Assembly (NCBI GenBank): GCA_002269645.1 | Contig: NIVC01000422.1 | Span: forward strand, 434,001-498,000 | DNA length: 64,000 nt | From: Macrostomum lignano | Lineage: Eukaryota | Reading direction: 5' to 3' | In this document: positions 12,412-24,200 of the stretch, piece after piece | Layout: every line of letters starts with the position of its first letter | Position numbering within the stretch: the stretch's first letter is position 1 | Notes under the pieces: model-generated | Seen by the model: only the letters and a program-made list of their open reading frames with translations | Database searches by the model: none | What the model was told of the DNA's origin: nothing | Position numbers and translations under genes: made by a program

Positions 12412-13121
12412 CTTTTGGCGGCGCAGAGGCTGCCTCGCCGAGACCACCTGATGCGACAGTTGCGGGTGTCGCAGATTTCTGTCGGCAAAGTGGCGCAGCA
12501 TCTTCTAGACCTCTCAGTGTCCACCTGGATTAGTGAGTCGCCTGGTAACAGATAGAAATGGCGCTTGCTTTGAATCGCTATAGTTCTATCTGATCCATCG
12601 CTTGGAAAGGTGAGGTCTGGCTTTCGCGATTTCTTGTTTTTCTTCTCTGGTCTTTTTTTGCTGGCGAGTCTTCTGTTTTCGGGTCTTCTGCTTTCGAGTC
12701 TTCCGCTTTCGTGTCTTCTGCTTTTGTGTCTTCCGCTTTCGTGTCTTCCGCTTTCGTGTCTTCCGCTTTCGTGTCTTCCGCTTTTGGGTCTTCTGCTTTT
12801 GTGTCTTCTGCTTTTGTGTCTTCCGCTTTTGTGTCTTCTGCTTTCGTGTCTTCCGCTTTCGTGTCTTCTGCTTTCAGGTCTTCTGCTTTCGAGTCTTCTG
12901 CTTTTGGATTTTCTGCTTTCGGGTCTACTTTAATGTCTGGGTCTTCTGCTGTATAGAGTCTTCTGCTTTTATGGGTCGTACACTTTCACAATTATTCTGC
13001 CATTTTATCTCGACTTTGCTTGAATTTTTATAATAGTACTTGGGGCCGGGCCGCTTCACCCGAGCATCTTTAGCTGGCTGGTACAGAGGCAACAGGCCAC
13101 CTGCTGTTCGATGCTCACCCC
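12412..13121 (-). pseudogene. Frameshifted coding-like exon with about 17 K-A-E-D-x pentapeptide repeats (pseudogene or assembly indels)
   Basis: The 15-nt unit AAA GC(A/G) GAA GAC AC(G/A) varies mostly at third codon positions. The frame breaks near 12953 and at the A7 run 12653-12659. Donor AAAAG|gtgatg at 12412. Confidence 0.45.
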
Positions 13122-13659
13122 CTAATGTCTACCTCTGTCCTTAAGTGGCCAAGCAGCTGTCAGTCACTGTGTGCCCACCAAAGCCAAGCATTTACCTGTC
13201 TGCCCTCTAACTGCGTATATAAAACAGCTGCTGGCGTTCGAGCACACACAGCAGCTGGGAGTCAACACTGCTGGATTATTAGAACTCGGCTTTGCTCGCA
13301 AATTTGCTGCGCATCAAAAGCAAATTCTTCACATTCAGACAGCATTGGGTCATTAAATGCTTAAGTTCTTGAGTACTTCGGACTTTTTCGTGAGATTCTC
13401 AAGCTGTAACAGCTTTAGGCTCAATTCAGATTGGTTTGAAGTGGCCTGGATTGAAGTAACAGCTTTACAATGAGGCTTGCAGCATGAACCAATTGTGTCT
13501 AAATTTGAGTTCTCAAGCTGGGTTAATTGTTTCTGCTGAACCGTTAATTTCACGGCACAGAGTACAGTGCCTGCTGCTTGTTCAAACTGGTTGCTGTACC
13601 CTAATTAGGGGGTGTGCCCGCTCGTGTCTTCTGTTGGCACAGTAGAGACAGTATAAGCC

Positions 13660-13679
13660 TGTCTGTCTGTCTGTCTGTG

Positions 13680-13726
<47 letters not shown>

Positions 13727-13727
13727 G

Positions 13728-13800
<73 letters not shown>

Positions 13801-13813
13801 GAGTCTGTCTTAG

Positions 13814-13846
<33 letters not shown>

Positions 13847-13859
13847 GAGTCTGTCTTAG

Positions 13860-13893
<34 letters not shown>
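13660..13893 (-). repeat. (GACA)n microsatellite, seen as (TGTC)n on the plus strand
   Basis: Long run with two TGAGTCTGTCTTAGTG interruptions. Confidence 0.97.
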
Positions 13894-13894
<1 letters not shown>

Positions 13895-14358
13895 GTTTCC
13901 AGCAGTCTTGCATTAATAGGTACTAATAAAAGCGCAGAAACGAGTTCTTCGCAATTTTGGTTAATATTCTTATAATAGGAGGCCATTTCCATGTTATTTT
14001 TAAGGCACTCCACTGCAGCCACATAGCCAAGAGCTGCCAGTCATGCAATAGAAGGTAATTCTTTGCATCAACTGGCATTGTGTTTAGCTAGCCAAAGAGA
14101 ATATTGAGCACGTATTCATGCTACGGAAAATGCTTTGGGAAGGCACAGGTTTGACTCGTGCACTGTATGTTGGCAGCTACCTATTTTATCTTAGAGTTTC
14201 CCGCAGTAAAATGCTATATAAAGTTCATTCATAATTAATTACCTGGAATGGTTGTTGTACAACACCAATGCAGTCCCACCTTCGTAAGCTTTGCTGTTTT
14301 TGAAACAATTCTGCGCGGCTGTGTGTATTTAACCATGTTGTAGTAAATGTTAGTTCCT

Positions 14359-14979
14359 TCATTTTTTGCGCCAGAATGTGTGCCTGCGGAGCCAGAATGT
14401 GTGCCTGCGGAGCCAGAATGAGTGCCTGCGGAGCCAGAATGTGTGCCTGCGGAGCCAGAATGTGTGCCTGCGGAGCCAGAATGAGTGCCTTCGGCGCTAA
14501 AATGAGTGCCTTCGGCGCTAAAATGAGTCCCTGCGGAGCCAGAATGAGTGCCTTCGGCGCTAAAATGAGTGCCTGCGGCGCCAGAATGAGTGCCTGCGGA
14601 GCCAGAATGTGTGCCTGCGGAGCCAGAATGAGTGCCTTCGGCGCTAAAATGAGTGCCTTCGGCGCTAAAATGAGTCCCTGCGGAGCCAGAATGAGTGCCT
14701 TCGGCGCTAAAATGAGTGCCTGCGGCGCCAGAATGAGTGCCTGCGGCGCCAGAATGAGTGCCTTCGGCGCCAAAATGAGTGCCTTCGGCGCTAATATGAG
14801 TGCCTTCGGCGCCAAAATGAGTGCCTGCGGAGCTAAAATGAGTGCCTTCGGCGCCAGAATGAGTGCATTCGGCGCCAAAATGAGTGCTGACAACACCGAT
14901 TCTGAAAAAATCTTGTACATGTACTTGTAGAATTATTGACGGTGTCCCCCCTCACCATAAAATCCATGGAGACGCCATG
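14359..14979 (-). mobile_element. hAT-like MITE copy 1 (truncated, reverse orientation) with an internal 21-nt array
   Basis: The reverse complement of 14881-14979 aligns with the head of the 16573 copy (GGATTTTATGGTG.GGGGGGAC...TACATGTAC...TTTTCAGAATCGGTGTT.TCAGCACTCA); same 21-nt unit; the other end is missing. Confidence 0.8.
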
Positions 14980-16007
14980 AATGCCCTTGTTTCTTAGATT
15001 GATTACTTGGAAAGTTTAGTCCAGCGACCACAAGAAGACACACGTTGCATCAGAAGTATAGAAAATCTACACTTGGAGAGACAACAAAGAATTAAAGGAA
15101 TACTTTTTATTGAACTGTGTGTACCTTTTGACTTAGTAAAGCTACTGTTTCCAGTCTCTTGAGGAAAATTATGTTAAAAATACAAAGGCATCTGCCCTGA
15201 AAGCCAGCTATCTAGCAAAAATTGGCTAAAAGCATCTGATCAACCCACATAAAACACATAATTTCAGCAATACCCCATGAGCCATGCACAGAATTTTTAG
15301 CAATACCCCATGAGCCACAACATTTCAGCAGTAGCCCACGGATGCCTCGTCATCACAGTAATTTCCCCTACGAGCCTGGAACACTTAACAATACTCCCAT
15401 GAGTCTTTAAGGCGATTCTTTTATAATATTGTCAAACCATAACCCGAGGATCTAACCTTTATCACTAAGCCTAAACCCCCTAACCCTAACCCTTCCGTGT
15501 CACAGCATTTTAGCAATTCCCACCACAACCACAAGGCAATAAATTTCAACACTTCTTCAGAATTTCAGTAATTCCCCTTAAACCGTTGACATCTTAAGCA
15601 AGTAGTGAACGGTTCAAATAGATCCCGCAACTCTACGAGCGTACGTCGCTTAAGTTCCTAGCTTGCGGAAACAAAAATAAAACCCACGAAGACTTAAATG
15701 GACTAAATGGAACTCTATGGACGACCGAGACCTACTTGCTCATTCTTTTGGTCTCTAAAATAAGTTGATTTTTTACAATTTGTTTTATTCACAAGACAGA
15801 TAATGAACGATTAAAAGCATTGATATAAAGCGCGTTAGCGTAACTTTAGTTTTGCCATTCTTTTGCGCTATTTTTTACAATCGTTGGTCTTAATTAAGAA
15901 ATACGCAATTTAATAACGCCATGCAAAAAATACAGTGAAAATCTGTAAAGTATTACTGTAAGTAGTTAGTGCAAGAGTTTCTGCCAAATCATGAATCGTA
16001 AGGATAA

Positions 16008-16304
16008 TCATAGACGTATAATCCTTTGAAATTCGCATCGATAAGAAGACTCGTTGCAGCGCAGAGCCGGACAGCAGACCTTCCGCGAGCTCCAGGGAAT
16101 CTTCGGGCCCATCTCCACTACAGCGGTCTTCTGGCACTCCATGCCGAACTTCGCGCACTGAGAGTACCAGCGGTCCATGGTTTTATACTTGCGTAGCAAC
16201 AGTAAGTTTGTTCTGGTGCAGGCGCTGGCGGGAGTTAAAGTCAGCTTGCAGAGAGAGCAGAGCCAGACTACTGAGACGCACACGATGGCTCGAAGAAGTT
16301 GCAT
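16008..16304 (-). CDS. Small secreted cysteine-knot (ICK/knottin-framework) peptide precursor, 98 aa
   Basis: Hydrophobic N-terminus ending ...TPASA, then C-x6-C-x19-CC-x4-C-x6-C; AATAAA about 220 nt downstream (tttatt at 15784-15789). The family assignment rests on cysteine spacing only. Confidence 0.7.
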   Translation of the reverse strand: MQLLRAIVCVSVVWLCSLCKLTLTPASACTRTNLLLLRKYKTMDRWYSQCAKFGMECQKTAVVEMGPKIPWSSRKVCCPALRCNESSYRCEFQRIIRL

Positions 16305-16572
16305 GATACCTTAGCTATGAGATCTGTTGTTGACTGCTGCTGCAGTTGCTGTTTTTCGGTGTTGTATTGAATGGCTAAGAATCTTCGTCTTTAATTTAAG
16401 CTTGAGAGATCTTGGGTTGCATGATAAGATGATTCGCCACGATGCTTACACCATAGACAGATATAACGTATTAATTTCAAATGACTACATGTGCTTTTGA
16501 AAATCGATCCGAGAACATATTACTCCTTTTAAGTATACTTGTATGATAAGCGGTTTCAGTTATTGTACTCAT

Positions 16573-17339
16573 CAGAAGCGTCGCCACGGATTTTATGGTG
16601 GGGGGGGGACAAAGCCAAGAATTCTAGATGTACATGTACGCGACGAAATTCCTACATGTACATTATTTTCAGAATCGGTGTTTTCAGCACTCATTATAGC
16701 ACTGCAGGGACTCATTTTAGCGTCGCAGGCACTCATTTTTGCGCCACAGGAACTCATTTTAGCGCCGCAGGCACCATTTTAGCGCCGCAGGCACTCATTT
16801 TAGCGCCGCAGGCACCATTTTAGCGCCGCAGGCACTCATTTTAGCGCCGCAGGCACTCATTTTAGCGCCGCAGGCACTCATTTTAGCGCCGCAGGCACTC
16901 ATTTTAGCGCCGCAGGCACTCATTTTAGCGTCGCAGGCACCATTTTAGCGCCACAGGCACTCATTTTAGCGCCGAAGGCACTCATTTTAGCGCCGCAGGC
17001 ACTCATTTTAGCGCCGCAGGCACTCATTTTAGCGCCGCAGGCACTCATTTTAGCGCCGCAGGCACTCATTTTAGCGCCGCAGGCACTCATTTTAGCGCCA
17101 CAGGCACTCATTTTAGCTCCGCAGACACTCATTTTAGCGCCGCAGGCACCATTTTAGCGCCGCAGGCACCCATTTTAGCGCCGCAGGCACTCATTTTAGC
17201 GCCGCAGGCACCAAAAGTTATTGATTTTCACAACGGGCCACAAGGTGGGGTGAGGGGGACAAAGCATTGGTATGTCCCCCCCAGATTTTTACTGGAGGGG
17301 ACATGTCCCTCTGTCCCCCCCCCGTTGGCGACGCCCCTG
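16573..17339 (+). mobile_element. hAT-like MITE copy 2 (complete), internal array (TTTTAGCGCCGCAGGCACTCA)n
   Basis: Left end CAGAAGCGTCGCCACGG and right end CCGTTGGCGACGCCCCTG form imperfect TIRs. Flanks GTACTCAT (16565-16572) and GTACTCAG (17340-17347) form an 8-bp TSD with 1 mismatch; 8-bp TSDs and CAG-starting TIRs are typical of hAT elements. Confidence 0.85.
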
Positions 17340-17539
17340 GTACTCAGCTATTATTCGGTACAATTATTATTGACCACGAAGACAAACGGTGAAGTGACCC
17401 CTAAGCTGCCCTTTCAAAAACCCCAACCGATTGCTGCTTGAGTTGTTTTTGGTTCAAAACTCTAGTCCAAAGTCTTTGTGCTTCTTTTTCCATACAGAAA
17501 GCATTACAGACAGAGCAGCTTTAACAACCTTGCGTCTTT

Positions 17540-17582
17540 TGTGCCTTCACGACCCCGGGGTTCGATTCCGCGTGGGCACGAA
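17540..17582 (+). mobile_element. tRNA-like or SINE remnant (B box only)
   Basis: GGGGTTCGATTCC B-box inside an imperfect hairpin; no clear A box or acceptor stem. Confidence 0.3.
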
Positions 17583-18353
17583 AATAGGCCAGAGGGTTAT
17601 TGTCGTGTGATTGACACCTACCTACGCGACTATGAGGACCAACTCCCAAGGCACAGAGAGTGTACATGCTTGACGATTAGAAAGTCAGGACCATCTGTTG
17701 TATGGCAGCTTTCTTACAAAGCAAGACACCTAATTCTCAATGCAGAAATTCGCAAGAAACATGCTATCATTGTTGTCAATCTTGTGTAAGCTGAGAGGTT
17801 TGCAAATCTACGAGTATGTTAAATAATTTTTTTTCCCAGACATCAATCGTACCCTGCCAATCTCTACTGTCTGGAGCACTGTAGCTAGAAGTATTTGGTT
17901 GTTGCCGCTGCATTGCCTCACCGCAGGTTGTGAGATCGGTGGTCCTCGTATTATTCAGTTTCTGAGATAATTTTTGGGGCAAAGAATCCACGAAAATGGT
18001 TTATACTTCGGACACGGTTTTGTCTGAAGCGCACTCACGGGTTTTAAAGCTATTGTTTCTTGGAAAGGCTACCACAGAGACCGGCAAGCCAGTGAAACTT
18101 CGGTTGTCTTGTTAGTTTACTACTGTGTAAAATTATCAAATCTTTGCGAAATCCATTCTTTGCTAATGAATTCTGCATTTTGCAGTGAAATTTGCAGGAT
18201 TTACGAGTGTTTGCCTCCAATTCTGCTTTAGTGCGTCTATTTCAAGAGCAAACATTGATTTTTATCAAACTGATGTTGAAAAGCGGCATTTAAGTTTTAT
18301 TTTAAGTTGGTTTAAATTTTCTAGATTGCACTCAAGGTCGCCGCGGCCACTCG

Positions 18354-19118
18354 TCACAGAGTGTAAGCCTCGATCTCGCAGATGCTCAGGTACTGGCCGA
18401 ACAGGTTTGTCACCCGAACTCGACTGCCGAAGGCGTTGCAGCTGAAGTTGGCCACGGAGAACGGCAGCGTCAGGCTCACTCGGTTGCACTCGACGCCGTC
18501 CATCTGCAGCGAGAATTTGTTGAGTCGCTCAGCGTAGTCTTGCCTGTTGTAGATGGTGACGTAAGAGACAAACGATGGAGCGTCCAGCTGCCCCTCCCAC
18601 CATTCGAACGGATTTCCAGTGGTGTGAGTGCAGGACCCGAAAGACAGATTTTTCTTCCGATTGCCGTCGATTGCATTGTCGCAAATGTGGGAACTGTGTG
18701 TTGAGCTTTGCTTGCAACCAACAAATTTTAGACGCTTTTGTAGTTGCTTGAATTCTAAAAATTAATTAAATAAACTTACTAGCTAATTTGCAATCATATT
18801 CATTGTTATCAATTAGCTAGATATTATTGACTCACGTTCACTCCTAGTGTACACATCGCAGGCATCAGAGCTGTTCCAGGTATCATTGATGAAGGCCAGC
18901 CGGTCAAAGAGTCGACACAGACCCTGAAGCCAGCTGAAGCCGAAGCAGGTGGGTCTGGAAGCGCAGTGCTGAGAACACTGCAAGACGGCATTGCCTGGCA
19001 CAGATTCCATGGTAGTTGGAGTTGAGACGCTGTGAAATCTAACTGGCGAGAAGAACCAGAAAACCTGAGCGCCAGAAGCAGCAACTCCGCAGATCAGAAG
19101 CAAAACTTGAAGCAGCAT
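18354..19118 (-). CDS. Secreted PAN/Apple-domain + F-type (fucose-binding) lectin protein, 227 aa; exons 18836-19118 and 18354-18754
   Basis: Signal peptide, then a PAN-like C..HC.....CFGFSW..G.C.L motif. An 81-nt gtgagt...tttttag phase-1 intron follows. Exon 2 reads QSSTHSSHICDNAIDGN...SCTHT-x-WW...V.IYNRQDYAERL...YLSICEIEAY, the F-type lectin (FTP) signature with His-x26-Arg-x-Asp. AATAAA lies about 55 nt after the stop. Confidence 0.88.
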
Positions 19119-20012
19119 GTTTCAAATGTCAGAATCTCATGTTTATGTTTAAACTGGCTATGTCAAGAGCTTTTCTATAAGCTTTTTTAATGTTGTGGCG
19201 GCTTCTATTCCTAGATATAGTCAGAATATCTAGTTTTATTCTCATTCATCGCATATCTTCTGATCCTGTTTGCTTTCGGCTGATTGGCTGTGGCACCGCA
19301 GTCTATATCGATTGACATTAGGAAGCATATAATAATAATCCTTAGTAAGTTCTAAGGGTCTGGCCAGACCCCCATGATGGCGGCTGGAGTCGAGAGATGG
19401 AGTTGACAGACCTGTGTACACAACGCTAATTGCAAATGCAGCGAACAGGTGCAGTAATAAAACTTTTTCACAAGATTTTCCCGGCCAAGAAAAAGATTTT
19501 CACTCGAAGGGAAGCTGCTGCATGGATTGTTTAATTGGGCTCAAAGCTTGACTGTTCAAACTCAAATATTCTTTGTGATAATAGTTCATAGCATGACTCT
19601 GTGTGCTGTCCAATTAATTTCCGGCAGCTCCTGCAAGAAAATTGGCCTGGAACTTGTCGTGCGGCGATTCTCATCCATGAATTACAGGTCAACCTAGCTT
19701 TAGAGGCGCACAGAGAGTGCACCGCATGCATTACCTAGCTAACGATGAGACAATAGGGGCCGTTGTACATCCTGTTTGAGAGCGTGCCTGCCTACACGTA
19801 CATATTTACATGACGTATCATTGTTCATCATGTATCTGTGAGTGTGCGGGGGTGCTTAATCTACGAGATGGGCATGACTGCCTACTAGCTGTCTAACTAA
19901 AAATCTGGAGATTAATCGTACTACGATTAAATACCCATAATACTCTTGTTACGTGCGGGAATCCCCTTCCGCATGTGATGAGCCACGCTAAGATCCCGCG
20001 ATACTCGTATAT

Positions 20013-20328
20013 CAGGGCTCCTGGCAGGGACATGTCCCTCCCCCCAGTATAAAAGCTATGGGGGCACATCATATGCCAATAGTGCTTTAGTTTCCCCCAG
20101 CCCACCAATTTTGTAACCCACGTGAATGGAATCAATAACTTTGGTTCAAGGCGACAAAATATAGCGCCTGCGGCGCTAAAAATCCGAGTCTGCGCGGTGC
20201 CAATGAATGCTGACAACGCTGATTCCAAAATGTAGGAATTCAGTCATTTAGAATTCTTGGGCTTCTTCTAGAATTCTTCCCCACCATAAAATCTACATGT
20301 ACATGTACATGTACTGCGACGCCCCCTG
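20013..20328 (-). mobile_element. hAT-like MITE copy 3 (degenerate, reverse orientation, array nearly absent)
   Basis: Ends GCGACGCCCCCTG; contains CACCATAAAAT, GCGCCTGCGGCGCTAAAA, AATCAATAACTTTGGT and GGGACATGTCCCT, all shared with copy 2; no clear TSD. Confidence 0.7.
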
Positions 20329-21296
20329 GGCTGGCACCTGGCATACCGACTGCAGCTTCTCACCAGCTAGTATCATTCAGCAACAGCAAATTATATGCAT
20401 GCAGGCATGCAGGTGCATGTACTAATGATCTCTTTTCGACTAGCCAGACTGTGGGAAAATTTCTTGCCTTAAACTTCGTCATATACTAGTTTCGAAATAG
20501 AACATTTTGTGTCAACATGTGCACTTCTTCCCAGCGCGGGATTGGGGTCTACTGTAATTATTGCTACATGACAACAAATTTATATACTGCATTCACATTA
20601 TAATTGCATGCTAACCTTATTTCGATCGGGAGCGGAAAGTTACAGACAGGAAGCGCCGACATGAGTTATTTACGTAAATATGCAAAGCACACGTGGGTAC
20701 ATTTGCATGTGTATAGTCCCGTCATGTACAGTATACATGCCCGAATTGTAACATGCATTTTAGGAGAGGATCCAACAATAAGCTCAACGACGCAAAGAAT
20801 GATCACAAGCTACTGCCTCTCACAAAGCAAAGCGCAAGTTTCCGAGTTTTCAAGGATTACATGCAGCTATATATATGATCTTATACCTTTGCCAAATTGT
20901 ATCACGATGATGAAGAAAGCTAACAAAACGTTTAAGAATTGTGGTAAATTTTTTATGGTTAAATGCAAGTTATGTACATAAATGTACACTGAATAAATAA
21001 GAAAATACTTTTACCTTTATCTTTGCGTGTATTTTTGTGTAGTTTGTTTTAACTGCTAAAGTCTGATTTGTTTCCTTCCCTTTCCGTAGCGCAATTTTAA
21101 TTTGACTGATATGAGTGTTTATCCAGTTTTGTTCGTATTTCTAGTTAGCTTCTAGACTTTTGGATAAAACTCTTCTTTAGATTTCTATCTAAAAAGACTA
21201 GGTGTTACTTCTTTTCACTGCCAAAATCAACGCTATGTTTTACGCAATTTGCGCTTAATTGAAAACAATCCACTAAACTCTCTCCTGTAAGTGAAA

Positions 21297-24200
21297 ATGG
21301 GAGAGAGTCCTCAACATTCCCTTATGCAAAACGAAGCCGAGCTCGACAAGATATTTCATGTGTTAGATGAAGATGATGCAGGATACATTACAGTAGAAAA
21401 ATTTACTGAAGCGTTGAACTCCTTCATTCCAAACGAGATTGCAAAAAGTGTGAGTATTTTTTAGGAGCCATCTAAAAATACTGTGGTCAAAAACATTTGT
21501 ATCAAGTCTATCAACTAGGCCTAGTAGCATTAGCAAAAAACATTGCATCAAAAATTATTATATAAAGCCATGTGATAAAGATCTATTTATGAAAATTGAC
21601 AAATGAATGTTTAAGTCAGGGGGGCTAGTAAACATATAATTTAAAACTAACAATTGGCTTAAAGTATTAGAAAGTTGTTTTGTCCTTGTATTTTGTATCC
21701 CATAGGCTTAGTCAGGAAGTTGCGCCTGCCCCATGTGCACTGGAATAAATTTCTTCTGTTTCTTCCTTATCCACAATACTGACGTGACAATAGGAATAGA
21801 TAAAGCAATTTTTCCTTATGCTATATACTAGCTTTTAGCCTGGGATTGTTATATCCTACAAACAAAGTTAAAGTTGTTTATAAATATGAAATTAGAGGAG
21901 TCTTTCATTTTTTAATAAACTTAATAATTTTCATAAATGTTATGCATACGCCTACAATAACTTCCAAAAATTTAAGGAATTATCTATTACAAAAATCAAC
22001 AAAATTCTTATATGTATTAATCAAAAGAATCTAATTCTAAGCCATATGTGCCAACTATGTTATCTTGTAGGCCCTAATTTCACGTTTTGTGCTAAATGCA
22101 CTAAAATATGCCAAAGATAGGTCTATTTATGCTAGAAAATTCATTGAAATCTCTCATCTTTCTAACTATGATTTATATTCTGTTCCATCTACTAATCATG
22201 TTTTTTCTAATAAATTTTAATGAATATTTTATGAGCTGTTGCTAAATATATAAATATTGAAATAAACCAAACCTAATAGAAAAATATTTAAGATATTTAA
22301 AACAACTTAAAGGACATTATATGTTTTTAATATGTAAATAAAGGTTAGATTATACTTATAACTACTGGTTCCCTAGCATTAAATAAAGCCTATAATTTAG
22401 AAAAAAATTAATAAGGCATTATAGTATTTAATTATACTACTATAGTCTTAGATATGCCAGGGTAGATATTTAATAATGTAGATAGCTAAGTAATCAAACT
22501 ACTTTATAAAAGTTTTTGATAGACTTAACATTACCTTTAAATACTCTGAATGTAGCTTTATTTAAAAACTTTAAAACTTTTAGAATACTTATCTCTTTGA
22601 TACTAAAAAGTTACATCAGACTTAAATAATGTCAATATGTATCCCAATTTGATATTGAATATTTTATCTAATATATTTTTTATTGTCAGTAAAAAGCCAA
22701 TCATATTATTTTTATCTTTTTTAGAAGCTGAGCTCTCTATTAGACCACTTGGACCCTCAAAGTGATGGCAAAATTTATTTAAATGACTTCAAGAAAGCCA
22801 TTTCAAGGCTTCAGGTTCTCTCAGGTAAGCTTATTCCTTATTATAACCATGTAAGATTTAGCACTTCTAAAATGTCATTGGCACTTCTAAAGTATCATTA
22901 GCACTCATAAAATATCAAAAAGTACTTAGACCTTTGGAGTTATCCTTTGTACTTTGTATTTGACATTTCCTCAATTCCTCATCAATAACCGATTCCAGAA
23001 GACTCCCTTCGTGGCAGCCACACCAGCAATGGCAGCTTCGGTCAAGATGCGCTGACGCCCACAGCTGAGGAAGACCAAGACACTGCTGATGGCAGTTTTG
23101 CTGTGTCGGTGAGTGCAATGAGTGCAAGCTGTGATTATAATTTTTTGCATCCGATTGTGATTGATTCGAACTCACAACCTCATTCAGGCTGCGGCTGCCG
23201 TGAATGAATTGGATGGTGCAATTCTTGGACACGATTCAACAGATGATGCCAGGCTTGTTGTTAACGACGGGTCGCAGTGAGTTTGAGTTAAAATTCTCAG
23301 GGATGGGGTAGATGGTTTGTTGTCCTGCAGTTCTAGTAGGGGTTGGGTAGATTGTTTGTTGTCCTGCAGTTCTAGTAGACATTGGGTAGATTGTTTGTTG
23401 TCCTGCAGTTCTAGTAGACATTGGGTAGATTGTTTGTTGTCCTGCAGTTCTAGTAGGGGTTGGGTAGATTGTTTGTTATCCTGCGGTTCTAGTAGGAGTT
23501 GGGTAGATTGTTTGTTATCCTGCGGTTCTAGTAGGGATCGGGTAGATTGTTTGTTATCCTGCGGTTCTAGTAGGGTTTGAGTAGATTGTTTGTTGTCCTG
23601 CAGTTTTAGTAGGGATTGGGTAGGTTGTTTGTTGTCCTGCAGTTCTAGTAGGGATTAGGTAGATTGTTTGTTGTCCTGCAGTTCTAGTAGGGATTGGGTA
23701 GGTTGTTTGTTGTCCTGCAGTTTTAGTAGGGATTGGGTAGATTGTTTGTTATCCTGCAGTTCTAGTAGGGGTTGGGTAGATTGTTTGTTATCCTGCGGTT
23801 CTAGTAGGGATCGGGTAGATTGTTTGTTATCCTGCGGTTCTAGTAGGGATTGGGTAGGTTGTTTGTTGTCCTGCAGTTTTAGTAGGGATTGGGTAGGTTG
23901 TTTGTTGTCCTGCAGTTCTAGTAGGGATTGGGTAGGTTGTTTGTTGTCCTGCAGTTCTAGTAGGGATCGGGTAGATTGTTTGTTGTCCTGCAGTTCTAGT
24001 AGGGATTGGGTAGATTGTTTGTTGTCCTGCAGTTCTAGTAGGGATTGGGTAGATTGTTTGTTGTCCTGCAGTTCTAGCAGGGATTGGGTAGATTGTTTGT
24101 TGTCCTGCAGTTCTAGCAGGGATTGGGTAGATTGTTTGTTGTCCTGCAGTTCTAGTAGGGATTGGGTAGAATGTTTGTTGTCCTGCAGTTCTAGTAGGGA

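Noticed and set aside
13350-14100. Selenocysteine or stop-codon recoding in coding-like frames with in-frame TGA (also near 61.5 kb)
   Set aside because: TAA and TAG stops also interrupt these frames, no SECIS-like hairpin was recognised and no selenoprotein family matches; decayed or non-coding sequence is more likely.
15478-15493. Interstitial telomeric repeat CCCTAACCCTAACCC
   Set aside because: Only about 2.5 units; such short runs are common inside dispersed repeats.
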